A program made the translations under genes and the position numbers. A stretch of DNA of 64,000 bases from an uncultured virus (IMG/VR IMGVR_UViG_3300009104_000005) (Duplodnaviria > Heunggongvirae > Uroviricota > Caudoviricetes). Positions 38,629 to 48,709 of this stretch are shown piece by piece. The first letter of the stretch is position 1. Each line of letters starts with the position of its first letter. Where the stretch lies: IMG/VR virus record IMGVR_UViG_3300009104_000005; one strand, written 5' to 3'. A model generated the notes under the pieces. That model was not told the DNA's origin and searched no databases. It saw nothing but the letters and a program-made list of their open reading frames with translations.

Positions 38629-39774
38629 TCAACCAACCCCCAACACGAAGTCGAGTGGTTGGAAGGTTAGTGTGGCCCTGTAAATCGTTTCCCCAGCATC
38701 ATATTTGATTGACGCAGTTTTGACAGTGCCAGATATACCTGTATGCTTGTCAGTGAAAATGAAATCACTACTAGCGTCCAATTTATTGGAACTAGCATCT
38801 TTCAGATTAGTGGCCATGGCACCACCAGTGACTATGAGCATATTGCGAACATTGTAACCAGCCACAGGATTGCCTACATTTGACAGGCTGGCCTCATACA
38901 ATGAATTGTAAGGTAATTGCAGACCTATGATATAATCTGATTTCTTACTTCCGAAAAACATACCATCATTCTCACCTATATCCAAACCAGGGAAACTACC
39001 AATTTCAAACGCCTTACCCATAGCACCTAATACTGAGTTGTTGGATACTGTGGCTATAATGTTCTGAATCTTGTCTCCAGCAGAATAACATCCACCATCA
39101 TCTACATCACTGAATACACTGATATGGGGCTCGTAATCAGTATTTGCTACGAAAGTAGGGGTAGCAGTAGCCCCACCAGAACCGCTCGTTTTCTGGGTGA
39201 AGTCCAACTTAGTGTTTCCAGAAAGATTGCCATTAGCACCAACCCCAGCAGTCACTGTGAACTTTGATAGGAAGACGGTATGAGCATCTAGAGCAGCCTT
39301 GATAGCAGTGACCATGGCTGCAGCAGTTTCGATACCGTCTATGTCTACCTGTATATCATTACCACTGGTACTAGCACCAGTATTCTTGAGGGTCACAGTG
39401 AATTTGGTCCCGTCAGTAGAAGTGAAATTAAAAATAGCCCCGTCCAAACCTTCATTTAGAATCATAGTACTGTTCTCTATCCATGCAGTATGTGCAGTAT
39501 TATTGTCACCCTCCTTAGGTCTCCGGTAACTGAAGTCTATGGTAGCCTCAGAATAAGATTGCCCATAGGCTATGTCGCCACAATCATCATCTACGAGGAT
39601 ACATTCTATGATTATCTCTGCCTGAACCATGTTCAAGTCAGCCCCGAATCTCTCAGCAGTGATGGGGATAGGTACAGTGATTAGGCTTCTAGTTATGTTG
39701 ACTTGGTAATCGGTACAATTTAATTCAATGAGTTTACCATCCTTTCTCACCAAGCGAATAGGTACTCCAGCCAT
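38629..39774 (-). CDS. Putative distal tail protein
   Basis: Immediately downstream of the tape measure gene, the usual Dit position. Confidence 0.6.
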   Translation of the reverse strand: MAGVPIRLVRKDGKLIELNCTDYQVNITRSLITVPIPITAERFGADLNMVQAEIIIECILVDDDCGDIAYGQSYSEATIDFSYRRPKEGDNNTAHTAWIENSTMILNEGLDGAIFNFTSTDGTKFTVTLKNTGASTSGNDIQVDIDGIETAAAMVTAIKAALDAHTVFLSKFTVTAGVGANGNLSGNTKLDFTQKTSGSGGATATPTFVANTDYEPHISVFSDVDDGGCYSAGDKIQNIIATVSNNSVLGAMGKAFEIGSFPGLDIGENDGMFFGSKKSDYIIGLQLPYNSLYEASLSNVGNPVAGYNVRNMLIVTGGAMATNLKDASSNKLDASSDFIFTDKHTGISGTVKTASIKYDAGETIYRATLTFQPLDFVLGVG

Positions 39775-41297
39775 CAGTATCTACCTCTTGTCGGACTCCC
39801 ACCTAGTCTCCTCAATTCCTTGTTCAACTCATCACTAATCTGACGAGCCAGTGCTCGCTTATCAGTATGGTCAGTGACTCCACCAACATCTATACTAAGG
39901 CTTATGTTGTTGGTGACCCCTCCCCCCATCTTGTCATTTGGTACAATGTTACCAGAACTTCTCGGTGAGAACAATTCAGGCCCACGCTCCCCTACTAGGT
40001 AAGTCCGACCTGACCTAACAGGTCCTCCAGAAGCCCTAGCCTCCATATGGCCTGCATCCACTGTAGCGCCCGGTATTCTCTCTATTACCCAATCAAGAGC
40101 ATCTCTAAATGGATTCATAATGGCACTGGCTAAGTCGGCACCAAGACCCTTAGCCCATGCAACCAGCCCTTTACCCCAGGATTTGAACTTAGCAGCGATG
40201 GCCTTATGATGGCGTACTATTAAAACAACCACCAACAATAGTGCAGCAACCCAGAATAGAGGTAGACCCAGAATAGTAGCACCAATAACCCCCATCCATT
40301 TCAGGATTATCAGACCTAAGAATACCATGCCGGCACCAACTACAGCAGCCCAATCACCCATAGCCCCCTCGATTTGACCAGTAGCAGATGCCCAAAGAAG
40401 TGCTAACCCAGCCAAAACTAGTACTCTACCTATCCCTAGGAATTTGAGAGCCCACCATACTAACTTGGCTAACCCCATAATAATGGCTTTAGAATTGAGT
40501 AACACTAGTAGAGAGGCCAATACCCCTAAAGCCGCCTTCTTAGCAGCCTCTTGCCAAGTGTCACCTGATTCCTTGAACTTCTTGTACAGGCCTATACCAA
40601 TTAGAATGGCAACAAACAACGGCGCTAAGGTTGCTGGTAACACTAACATGGCGGCACCAAATACCAAGAATATGCTCTTTAGATGACGCATACTAAGCGT
40701 TATATCACCCTGTATTATCTCGACTATCCCTTTCAATGATTCCACTAACCATGGGGCATACTGTTCAGCGAATTCTATCACTGGAGAATTTATACCCTGA
40801 GTGGCTAATGAGAACATACTAAAGGCGAAGATAACCATACCTACTATACTTATTATTGTGAAGAAAATGCTACTGAGTTTCATCAAGGCTAACACCCAAC
40901 CTCTTACAGCCCCAGTAGAAGAAACGGCCATATCCCTGAAAATCTCATTAGCCTTGGCTCCCATCTTAGCAGCAGCCCCGCCCTTCAGCAGAGGGAGAAT
41001 GAGTTTTCTCTGTGCAATGGTGAGGTTACTAGTAGCCTGAGCCATTTCATCAGCATCATCTGAAAACACTGTAGCCACTTTACTCAGATTACCTATCCAA
41101 GTAATAGCCGGCTTGACAGTAGAAAGTAAGGGGACTGCATCTTGTACTCCAGAACTGAATTTTTGCCAACTTGTCGCGATTAAATCTACATTCACCTTTT
41201 GTTGTCTGAGTGCAGTACCCGAAGCAACCACTTGCTCATTCAGTTTTTTGATGGCGTCACTGTTCGCCTGTATCTGAGCCGTTGACATGATTACCAC
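39774..41297 (-). CDS. Tail tape measure protein
   Basis: Helical, with multiple hydrophobic segments. C-terminal ARASGGPV..GRTYLVGERGPELFSP motif typical of tape measure proteins; follows the chaperone pair. Confidence 0.88.
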   Translation of the reverse strand: MVIMSTAQIQANSDAIKKLNEQVVASGTALRQQKVNVDLIATSWQKFSSGVQDAVPLLSTVKPAITWIGNLSKVATVFSDDADEMAQATSNLTIAQRKLILPLLKGGAAAKMGAKANEIFRDMAVSSTGAVRGWVLALMKLSSIFFTIISIVGMVIFAFSMFSLATQGINSPVIEFAEQYAPWLVESLKGIVEIIQGDITLSMRHLKSIFLVFGAAMLVLPATLAPLFVAILIGIGLYKKFKESGDTWQEAAKKAALGVLASLLVLLNSKAIIMGLAKLVWWALKFLGIGRVLVLAGLALLWASATGQIEGAMGDWAAVVGAGMVFLGLIILKWMGVIGATILGLPLFWVAALLLVVVLIVRHHKAIAAKFKSWGKGLVAWAKGLGADLASAIMNPFRDALDWVIERIPGATVDAGHMEARASGGPVRSGRTYLVGERGPELFSPRSSGNIVPNDKMGGGVTNNISLSIDVGGVTDHTDKRALARQISDELNKELRRLGGSPTRGRY

Positions 41298-41590
41298 CTC
41301 TCATCACTATGTGGCATGGGGCCACCTACTTTGGTTCCCGCTACTGGCATGGAGGATTTGGAACCTTCGTTTTGTTTCTCCATCTCTTCAGCCTCATAGG
41401 CTGAATTTGCTGCAGCCCAAGTAAACATCATGCCGAATTCTTCGGCATTCAAATCGTCAATGTCTCTGAGGCTGAGCCCATAGTGCTTCATCACGAAATA
41501 GACAGTGGAATCAAGTGACAAAGCAGCATCCTCCTTTTCCCCCCTTAGGAAATCAAGAATGTCGTCTATGCGTCCAGCCCATCCTCCAAA
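41291..41590 (-). CDS. Tail assembly chaperone, frameshift extension (gpT-like)
   Basis: The frame of the 76-aa ORF (41291..41521) is open upstream to the slippery site at 41587-41593. Confidence 0.75.
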   Translation of the reverse strand, partial: FGGWAGRIDDILDFLRGEKEDAALSLDSTVYFVMKHYGLSLRDIDDLNAEEFGMMFTWAAANSAYEAEEMEKQNEGSKSSMPVAGTKVGGPMPHSDERW

Positions 41591-41952
41591 GGGCCGGCCA
41601 CCAAATCCTGTGGTTGAGGCAATACTGCTATAATCTGATTTGCGATTTCTGGTTTGAGTGCGTATAATTGAGCCTTACCCATTTTCGGCTCGGTTCTGTC
41701 AATACACACATTCATCATGTGCTTCCAATACCCAGCAAGGTCAACACCGACATCACCTTCCTGCGTTATGTTCACCACCTCTTTGATAGCATCTTGTATC
41801 TCAAGGAAAGATAATTCCTTTACCCATACGCGCAGAACTATGTCTGGCTCGTCTGGGTCCACTGCTATATCGTGGGGTGTAGTTCCTGATGAAACTAACA
41901 GGCTATCAATATTGGTTACTAAGGTCTTATTGTTCTGTTCCTCCTGACTCAC
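41566..41952 (-). CDS. Tail assembly chaperone (gpG-like)
   Basis: Between the tail tube and tape measure genes; carries a slippery site near its 3' end. Confidence 0.8.
   Translation of the reverse strand: MSQEEQNNKTLVTNIDSLLVSSGTTPHDIAVDPDEPDIVLRVWVKELSFLEIQDAIKEVVNITQEGDVGVDLAGYWKHMMNVCIDRTEPKMGKAQLYALKPEIANQIIAVLPQPQDLVAGPLEDGLDA
41587..41593 (-). other. Putative programmed -1 ribosomal frameshift site C CCT TTG
   Basis: X XXY YYZ heptamer in the correct phase near the end of 41566..41952. The -1 frame reads into the downstream ORF with no stop. Confidence 0.78.
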
Positions 41953-42457
41953 TTACTTCGCCCTCCTGGGGCACCTCGTCGCTAGAGACAGCCTCTTCCG
42001 AGGGGGTCTCTACAGTTTCAGCCGGAGCCTCTTCCGAGGGGCCAGCATCATCTGCTTCCAAGCGGGCAACAAGTTCCGCCTTGACTCCGCTAACAGTCAG
42101 ACCACGCTCACGCAATAGGTCTTGCAACTGTGATACAGTCATGGAATCGTATGTGGGTTCAGGTTCAGGTTCAGGTTCTACAACCTCTTCTACCTCAGGT
42201 TCTACAACCTCTTCTACCTCAGGTTCTACAACCTCTTCTACCTCAGGTTCTACAGTAGTAGCCTCTTCTACTACAGCATCAGCGACAGCAACAGCCTCAG
42301 TCTCTGTCATCAGTTCTGCAGGGAATGGGTTATCTTCGACTACAGCGGCTTCAGGATTGAAGAAGTCCTCCTCAACCTCGGGCTCAGGCTCAGCCGCTGC
42401 CAGTTTCTTCTTCCAAGGAGGGTCTCTTCCTCCAGGGTGTAAACTCCATCTTCCCAT
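41927..42457 (-). CDS. Acidic low-complexity protein with SAP (HeH) domain
   Basis: YDSMTVSQLQDLLRERGLTVSGVKAELVARL matches the SAP consensus. The GAGGTGA RBS favours ATG 42457 over 42490. Confidence 0.8.
   Translation of the reverse strand: MGRWSLHPGGRDPPWKKKLAAAEPEPEVEEDFFNPEAAVVEDNPFPAELMTETEAVAVADAVVEEATTVEPEVEEVVEPEVEEVVEPEVEEVVEPEPEPEPTYDSMTVSQLQDLLRERGLTVSGVKAELVARLEADDAGPSEEAPAETVETPSEEAVSSDEVPQEGEVSESGGTEQ
42156..42254. repeat. Coding tandem repeat: 24-bp unit x3.5 plus short GGTTCA repeats
   Basis: TCAGGTTCTACAACCTCTTCTACC at 42171, 42195 and 42219, partial at 42243; encodes (EPEVEEVV)n and EPEPEP. Confidence 0.95.
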
Positions 42458-42467
42458 ATCTTTCACC

Positions 42468-44471
42468 TCAAGAATGTAACAAGGCATCATATGCTAGGAC
42501 TTTGACATGCTTCGGAAGTATTGTCAACTCATGCTTGATGACACCTTTGTCCTCTGGAATCTGCATTGGGGCCTCGGTGATGATGTAATCGTCTATGATG
42601 ACATAGACCTCCTCTCTATCACTCCCTTTCCCATCCTTCAATAGATGTAGTGTGATGGGCTCATTGTAGCCTTTGCTCCTCGCACTTCTGAACTCGTGCC
42701 ATAGGAGTGGGTCAGTGGGTAGAATCTCCATCTTTAGGTTATACTCTACCTTACCCTCAACAGCCAGCGAAGGGTTCCTGCTACCAGCGAAGGGTATCTG
42801 TTCCAAGGACTGGCCAGCATTGTTACGGGGTTCTGCCCCTGGGTTGCCTCTGACAACTAGGTGTTGAGTGATATTGTTCTCCCCACCTAACTCGAACTTG
42901 GTTACTTGGGCTAGATTACTACCAAAAGCACTGATAGTCCCATTGTAGAAGAAGAACGGTTTTTCAGTATTGGGAGCAATACCAGCCTTCTTTCTCTCCA
43001 AGGGACCATTACCAATATTCTCGAACATCCTATGAGCAGTGTACCTGTCACCAGGGGTAGAATCCTCTAGGCGACCAGTATCAGTATAGCACATCAGTGC
43101 ATCGAAGTCGACCTTCATCTTGACCTCTGAGTCTGCATCAGCAGTAAGTTGCCAAGACTTGACCTTACAGCCCTTGTAGATTCGAGTGAGTTGCTTTGAG
43201 TCACTAGATGACCCAGGTGCGTTTGTCTCTTGGTCTGTACCATAGGAGCCGACATCTCGGGTTCTCATACTGGTCTCTAGGGAGAAAGAAGGTTGGTGCC
43301 ACATACTCCACATGGCTCTCTTCTGTCTGTTCTCAATCTTCCCATAATCAGCAGCAGTAGTAAGGAAATTAGGGCTTCCGGTGGTAGCATCGTCTTCTAT
43401 AGTTATCTTGTTCACAACCATGCCTGCTGCATGGTCGAAATTGAATGGGTCATCCACATAGATACGGTTGTGCTTGTTGGTGCTATCTGTAGCAATGACC
43501 CTCCTTATCTCTGACCTCTCACTGCTATGGAACTGAGTTTGACTACCATCCCATTTGACCCTACTAGTTGGTGTAGTACCTACTCCGGGTTCTTCTGCAT
43601 ATGGGGTCAAGACCTCAGCACTATCTGTGATTATGATGTAATCACCTATAGCAGGGAAAGAGCCAGTGACAGTACCATTAGCATCTGCTCTTAGGAATGA
43701 AACATAAGTATCTCCCATCCCAATAGCACTAGTGTTGGTCCCATTATCAACTACCGAATAACCAGTTGGGGCAGTATTGGAAATAGCCTCATTACCGAGA
43801 GCGTAGTAAAGCCAACGAGCACTATGCATGATAGTAGACAAGGAACCCCCCTCGTTGTCCATGTGCTGAGGTTCCTGAACCACTACCTGTCTCCCGATAC
43901 CCACGATGTGAGAACGGAAGACCTCGACCTTGGTTTCTGGAAGCGTTATCTCAGCAGCCAAACCGATAAACTGGTCAGTGAGGACTCTCTCATCACTTGC
44001 CTTAGCACTTGATTTGTATTCCATACCTACATCTATGGTAGGAGTCCCCAGAGTCTCAATTATGAAATCATCTCCAGTTGTTGAATTGACAGCACCAGAT
44101 GATGTACTTTTCATCGCGGGAGTTATTGTGATTGTACTACCTTCATTAGCGACGATAGTATACATGTTACCCTTGGTATGGTCATCATCACCAAAAGAGC
44201 CACCACCCTTAACTCTCAGTTTGGAGCCAGAGAGTAGTCCCTTAGGGTATTTCAACTCTTGACCCTCAAAGAACATCGTGCCATACGAAGAATGGCTCCC
44301 GTTGGTATTGACGGCGACTCCACTGAATGTCAAAACCGTTGTATCAACCCCAGTGACATTTGCACTCGCGTTGATATTGAGCCCACCAAAAGCCCCATCT
44401 GATAGCACTATTCCTGTTTCGTGACCGAGAGTTACTTCGGCCAAATCACCTTTGTATATTGTCTGCGGCAT
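42468..44471 (-). CDS. Major tail tube protein (large, with insertions)
   Basis: Position after the tail terminator and before the chaperones. PSFSLE, YKGCKV..W.L and PFFFYNG motifs of tail tube proteins. Confidence 0.75.
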   Translation of the reverse strand: MPQTIYKGDLAEVTLGHETGIVLSDGAFGGLNINASANVTGVDTTVLTFSGVAVNTNGSHSSYGTMFFEGQELKYPKGLLSGSKLRVKGGGSFGDDDHTKGNMYTIVANEGSTITITPAMKSTSSGAVNSTTGDDFIIETLGTPTIDVGMEYKSSAKASDERVLTDQFIGLAAEITLPETKVEVFRSHIVGIGRQVVVQEPQHMDNEGGSLSTIMHSARWLYYALGNEAISNTAPTGYSVVDNGTNTSAIGMGDTYVSFLRADANGTVTGSFPAIGDYIIITDSAEVLTPYAEEPGVGTTPTSRVKWDGSQTQFHSSERSEIRRVIATDSTNKHNRIYVDDPFNFDHAAGMVVNKITIEDDATTGSPNFLTTAADYGKIENRQKRAMWSMWHQPSFSLETSMRTRDVGSYGTDQETNAPGSSSDSKQLTRIYKGCKVKSWQLTADADSEVKMKVDFDALMCYTDTGRLEDSTPGDRYTAHRMFENIGNGPLERKKAGIAPNTEKPFFFYNGTISAFGSNLAQVTKFELGGENNITQHLVVRGNPGAEPRNNAGQSLEQIPFAGSRNPSLAVEGKVEYNLKMEILPTDPLLWHEFRSARSKGYNEPITLHLLKDGKGSDREEVYVIIDDYIITEAPMQIPEDKGVIKHELTILPKHVKVLAYDALLHS

Positions 44472-44482
44472 GTCCTCTCACC

Positions 44483-44923
44483 CTATGCGACTAGTTCACT
44501 GAATATTACGATTTCGACCTGAAAGGTCATCCTATGTAGATGTTTAGTCCTATCTGAAAGGTCGGTTCTCGTCTTGTAGAGTAATCGGTCGTAGTTCCCA
44601 TCGTCCCCTTTTCGCTTGCTGTGAATGATTCTTCTCACTTCATCTTCCATCTTCATCAACTGTGCCCTACCTCGTGTAGTTCGTATGTCGACAGTTATGT
44701 TGATTCGGGTATTGACATAGTCATAGAATATCTCAGGCTGCTCCTCGTTATGGGCTGTCTCATACATGAAAACAGCATCACTGCGATTGAGGTCAAACCT
44801 CTTACCCCTACCAGGGTCTAGTGTGGTGATGTCCATTATCACTGGCTTTCTTTGCCCAGTATTAGCACGATTCCAACTTGTATCGAACAACGATGTCATG
44901 AGTTCTATTGATTCCTTAGCCAT
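44483..44923 (-). CDS. Putative tail terminator/completion protein
   Basis: 146 aa directly upstream of the tail tube gene; ITVDIRT...EVRRII pattern. Confidence 0.62.
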   Translation of the reverse strand: MAKESIELMTSLFDTSWNRANTGQRKPVIMDITTLDPGRGKRFDLNRSDAVFMYETAHNEEQPEIFYDYVNTRINITVDIRTTRGRAQLMKMEDEVRRIIHSKRKGDDGNYDRLLYKTRTDLSDRTKHLHRMTFQVEIVIFSELVA

Positions 44924-45179
44924 CTAAAATCTCCCTCCCAATCGGACTTTCTATCACTGCTTGTCTCTTAGCCATCCCAATTATCCACTCATAATCTGGG
45001 TGCCTCTCAGTCATAGGACGCCCTTCAGCGTCTATAAGATTACCCATACCATCAGAAGAACAACCTGCAGCACTAGCAGCGGCATCTAGGAAAATGTTCC
45101 CCATAGGAGTTAATACAGACATTTCTCTAGCCTCCTTCAATATAGGCCACATTGCCTCTTTCAGGTCTAAATCAATCAA
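44916..45179 (-). CDS. Hypothetical neck-region protein
   Basis: Overlaps both neighbours. Confidence 0.6.
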   Translation of the reverse strand: MIDLDLKEAMWPILKEAREMSVLTPMGNIFLDAAASAAGCSSDGMGNLIDAEGRPMTERHPDYEWIIGMAKRQAVIESPIGREILDG

Positions 45180-47088
45180 TGTTAATCACCTCCATGTAAC
45201 GAGGTAATGTCTCAGCAACCTGTTGCTTGAACAATTGGTACTTGGAACCCAGGTCTATATTCTGAGTGCCCTCAGGCATTAGGACGCTCCGGTCATCAGA
45301 TAAGAGTAAGTCCATGGCTACCATCTTGGTACAGATGTCCTCTATTGCTTTTTCAACATATCTCTCTCCGTAGACATAGGTAGCCTTCACTGAGTTCCAC
45401 TGGAAGTAGGGGTATGTGTTGTTGAAGTAGACGATACCTAGGTCATAGTCACACCACCAGTCACGAAGCCTAGCCTCATCTCCTGTGGTGCTACCGAAAT
45501 AGTCTATCTTGAGAGCGTATTGTGTACAAGATGTCCCTGTAGTTTGAGTCGTGTTCATTGCCGACTTAAGAGCAGCAACAAAGCCACTGCTACCCAAGTC
45601 AGTCACTCCAGTCAATGTCCCATAAGTAGTAATTGCCCCTGTATCTGAGTCAACGATGTTAGGAGTTTTTGCTGTATAGTAGGCACACTTCACAGCAGTA
45701 CCTGTACCAGTGCAGATAATACCGTAGGGTACCAAGGCAGAAGTATCAGTTGAAATAACAGCAGAGCCACTACTACCTGTCACTGATTGGACACCACCAC
45801 TTAGTACATGTTTCACAGTTATCTTGCCCCCACTGCCTGATAGGGTAATCACCTCGTCCTTGACATATCCAGTGCCAGCATTAGTGACTGTCACTGTGAC
45901 AATGGCCCCATCTGACACGGAAGCCACAGTGCAAGTGAAATTGCTGCCACTCCCAGTAGTGGATGCTTGAGTCAGATTGTTACCTACTGAGTAGCCGCTA
46001 CCTCCCGCAGATACAGAATGAGTGATAGGTATGGTGAAGTTAGTGTCTGTCAGGCCAGTGATACTCATACCATCTAGGTTAGTGACAGCCACAGTAGAGT
46101 TCTCTCCACCTTCACCACGGTGCATACTGGTCAATTTGATTTGCCCTGTACCATAATCAGCATTAGCAGAAGTCATGAACTCATGATGGACATTAGCGGT
46201 TATAAGGCCCGTACTCGTGTTGGCGGTTTGAAGTGAGAATGTAGGAGAGAAAGATGTTGCATCCTTACCTTTCCTCAGGTCCTTGTTGATGAGGTCCGAG
46301 AGTTCCTGTGCGGTAGTGGTCACATCGAAAGCGTTACTCCATTGACCTGACCCACTACCAACCTGTAAGGAGGCTACTCCACCACTGCCAGGGCAAAGGA
46401 AAACATAGTCATTGGTTGTGAGTAGGGAGTTATCGAGTATCTTGAGGCGAGCCTCTGCTGCCCCCACCTCTCTATACTCTTGGCCCTGCCATATTTCCAG
46501 TCTCAGTATCTGTTGGACATTGCGGAACATGAGTGGGACTGTACCTACATAGTCAGTATAGTACCTTCTCCTGTAGGGCTTGTATGTGTCGAAATTGAGG
46601 TACTCTGCTGTTTGCAGCATTGGCCTCCATGAGTTGTTACAGAGGTTATCTATCCTGTCTTGCATGCGTAGAATCATGGTCTCGACAGCGGCTCGAGTTA
46701 CCCCTCTTCTCTTACCATTAGTGAATGACTGTAGATTTTGGATGGTAGCATTGTCAGCAGTATCATAGTCTCCTGCGACATTACCAGTCCAAGTAAGTAC
46801 TACATCAGTACCATCTCGAGCGACACCAGTTAGGACTACAGTCTCTCCTAACTCAACATCGCTTGCTATCTCTACACTATCCCCAACCTCAAACCCCACT
46901 ATGCGTTGGTCAGCAGGGGATATCTTAGCAGTTGTCAAATTTAGTGGGTCCATATCGGCTGTGAGATACACTGGGTCAGGGAGTGGAATCTGTAGAATGT
47001 CTGCTACCTTCTGAGCACTGGAATAAACTAGGTCATTAGGGAACAGAGGTCTAGGCTCGCGTTCACCTGTCTGAAATACTATCGGCAT
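45172..47088 (-). CDS. Head-tail adaptor/connector with inserted domains
   Basis: N-terminal YSSAQKVADIL, RIDNLCNNSW, and C-terminal VKATYVYG...IEDICTKMVA resemble adaptor proteins; large central insertions. Confidence 0.65.
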   Translation of the reverse strand: MPIVFQTGEREPRPLFPNDLVYSSAQKVADILQIPLPDPVYLTADMDPLNLTTAKISPADQRIVGFEVGDSVEIASDVELGETVVLTGVARDGTDVVLTWTGNVAGDYDTADNATIQNLQSFTNGKRRGVTRAAVETMILRMQDRIDNLCNNSWRPMLQTAEYLNFDTYKPYRRRYYTDYVGTVPLMFRNVQQILRLEIWQGQEYREVGAAEARLKILDNSLLTTNDYVFLCPGSGGVASLQVGSGSGQWSNAFDVTTTAQELSDLINKDLRKGKDATSFSPTFSLQTANTSTGLITANVHHEFMTSANADYGTGQIKLTSMHRGEGGENSTVAVTNLDGMSITGLTDTNFTIPITHSVSAGGSGYSVGNNLTQASTTGSGSNFTCTVASVSDGAIVTVTVTNAGTGYVKDEVITLSGSGGKITVKHVLSGGVQSVTGSSGSAVISTDTSALVPYGIICTGTGTAVKCAYYTAKTPNIVDSDTGAITTYGTLTGVTDLGSSGFVAALKSAMNTTQTTGTSCTQYALKIDYFGSTTGDEARLRDWWCDYDLGIVYFNNTYPYFQWNSVKATYVYGERYVEKAIEDICTKMVAMDLLLSDDRSVLMPEGTQNIDLGSKYQLFKQQVAETLPRYMEVINID

Positions 47089-47996
47089 TATGGGTTACCC
47101 CCTGTTGGGGGCGGTGGGGCGTACCGGTATTGCTCTATCGGTAGACCAGCGGCTACAGCACGGTCTACATAGTTCATCTTTTGTCTGTTCTTCAACCATT
47201 TTGGTACATCTTTCCCTTGGCTTACATGGGCACCTGGTACATTGGTTTTGCTAGCCCTGAGTTTATGCCCTCCCCCGAACGGGTTCAGCCTATTGAATGT
47301 ATTACTCACTACACCAGTGAGCCCAATTCTCCTTTCATAATTAGGGTCTAATGGGTCTCTAGCAGAGCCTTCAGGGCCATACTCCCCTGTCCCCAATACT
47401 CTGTGTATCGGATTCATACCCTGACCTTGGTTAATATGAGAAGCAGCGCCTGGGAGAACTGAACTAGCCGCCTCACCAGCCCCGCGAGCCACATCTCCTC
47501 TTAGGGTTCCTGGTGGCGCTATCCCGGCAGGCATAGCAGGTGCACTAGGTAAACTCGTACCAGCAGCAATATTCACCAAAGACTCCGCCCCCCTGTCCAT
47601 ACCCTCACCAACTTTCTTTGCCCCACTTAGAGCAGCACTACCAGCGTCTAGAACCCCTTGACCAGTGGCCTCAAGCCCTCTACCAAGGGCACCACCAGCG
47701 GTTCTCATAGCACCTTTTATCTTCTCCGCTGTAGTAGGAGGAGGAGGAGGGAGTTTAGCATCATTTTGAGATGCGAAAGGGTCAGGAACCGTATTCTTCA
47801 GTATAGCGAATGAAAGGTTCAGAGGGTCTAGGCTCGTTTTGAAATCAGTTGTAGGCCCCCCACCACCTTGAAATTGTGGCCCACAACGGTCTTCATGACG
47901 AAGCCTTTGAGTTGGATTATTGAAAATCGCCTTACACCAATGACATCTATTGGGGTCATCATCACCTGCAGGTGTACTAAGGGGCATTATTGGCAC
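47088..47996 (-). CDS. Hypothetical Gly/Ala/Pro-rich protein with N-terminal zinc finger
   Basis: CHWC...F.....L..H...C zinc-finger-like motif. Confidence 0.6.
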   Translation of the reverse strand: MPIMPLSTPAGDDDPNRCHWCKAIFNNPTQRLRHEDRCGPQFQGGGGPTTDFKTSLDPLNLSFAILKNTVPDPFASQNDAKLPPPPPTTAEKIKGAMRTAGGALGRGLEATGQGVLDAGSAALSGAKKVGEGMDRGAESLVNIAAGTSLPSAPAMPAGIAPPGTLRGDVARGAGEAASSVLPGAASHINQGQGMNPIHRVLGTGEYGPEGSARDPLDPNYERRIGLTGVVSNTFNRLNPFGGGHKLRASKTNVPGAHVSQGKDVPKWLKNRQKMNYVDRAVAAGLPIEQYRYAPPPPTGGNP

Positions 47997-48417
47997 CTAC
48001 TTCTTGATTGGTATAGGGACGAAGGCTTTGGATGGCGTCAGTGTTTGCCTGTATATAGGGATTGGTTGGTCTAGGTGGAGACAGGTCTAGCAAAGGAGGG
48101 TCAGGAGTGGTGTACCACCCTTGCCTGGCCGCTTCTTGATATTCGGGGGACCTGTTACCATGCTGATATTGTCTGCCTGAGAGTTCGTCTCTTATTGCTC
48201 TCACCGCTCTTCCGGGCGCTCGTAGTGCTTGGTTAGCACTTCTAATACCAACTCTACCAGCGCGTCTAACAGCATCCTTACCTGTTTTCCACCTCGCCTG
48301 ATTTCGTTGCTGTAAACCGCTACCCTGGTACATCTCGTTACCAAAGTACGCCAGATAGGGAAGAAGTAACGCCGTTGAGTCAATCTTCCTAATCACACCG
48401 ACTTTACCTGTACTCAT
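47977..48417 (-). CDS. Hypothetical protein
   Basis: 146-aa ORF with ATGA coupling to the upstream gene. Confidence 0.6.
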   Translation of the reverse strand: MSTGKVGVIRKIDSTALLLPYLAYFGNEMYQGSGLQQRNQARWKTGKDAVRRAGRVGIRSANQALRAPGRAVRAIRDELSGRQYQHGNRSPEYQEAARQGWYTTPDPPLLDLSPPRPTNPYIQANTDAIQSLRPYTNQEVGANNAP

Positions 48418-48698
48418 ACCTGCACATCCACGCTGCCTAGGTTAAACTCCATTGGTTTGCTGCAAGCACCACAGCGCTCCAAGTAACAGAAATGGAGCAT
48501 ACCACAGTGTTTACAACGGGTTCCACTGCCGATGTCTATGACATCTCTTATGTTTCGTGAGCGCAGATTCTGCTCACCGATTTGGCCAGCGAGGCGCTCG
48601 TCAGACCCTGCTTCTGAACGAACGCTCTCGCCGGTTGCGTATTTCCACCCTTGCTTGGACAAGCGGCGGAGTTCCTCGGGAGTCATTGACCTAGTCAC
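48414..48698 (-). CDS. Small zinc-finger protein
   Basis: CKHC...CGAC. Confidence 0.72.
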   Translation of the reverse strand: MTRSMTPEELRRLSKQGWKYATGESVRSEAGSDERLAGQIGEQNLRSRNIRDVIDIGSGTRCKHCGMLHFCYLERCGACSKPMEFNLGSVDVQV

Positions 48699-48709
48699 GG
48701 TTAACCACC

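Noticed and set aside
42156..42254. 24-bp repeats as a mini CRISPR array
   Set aside because: Head-to-tail units with no spacers, in frame within a CDS.
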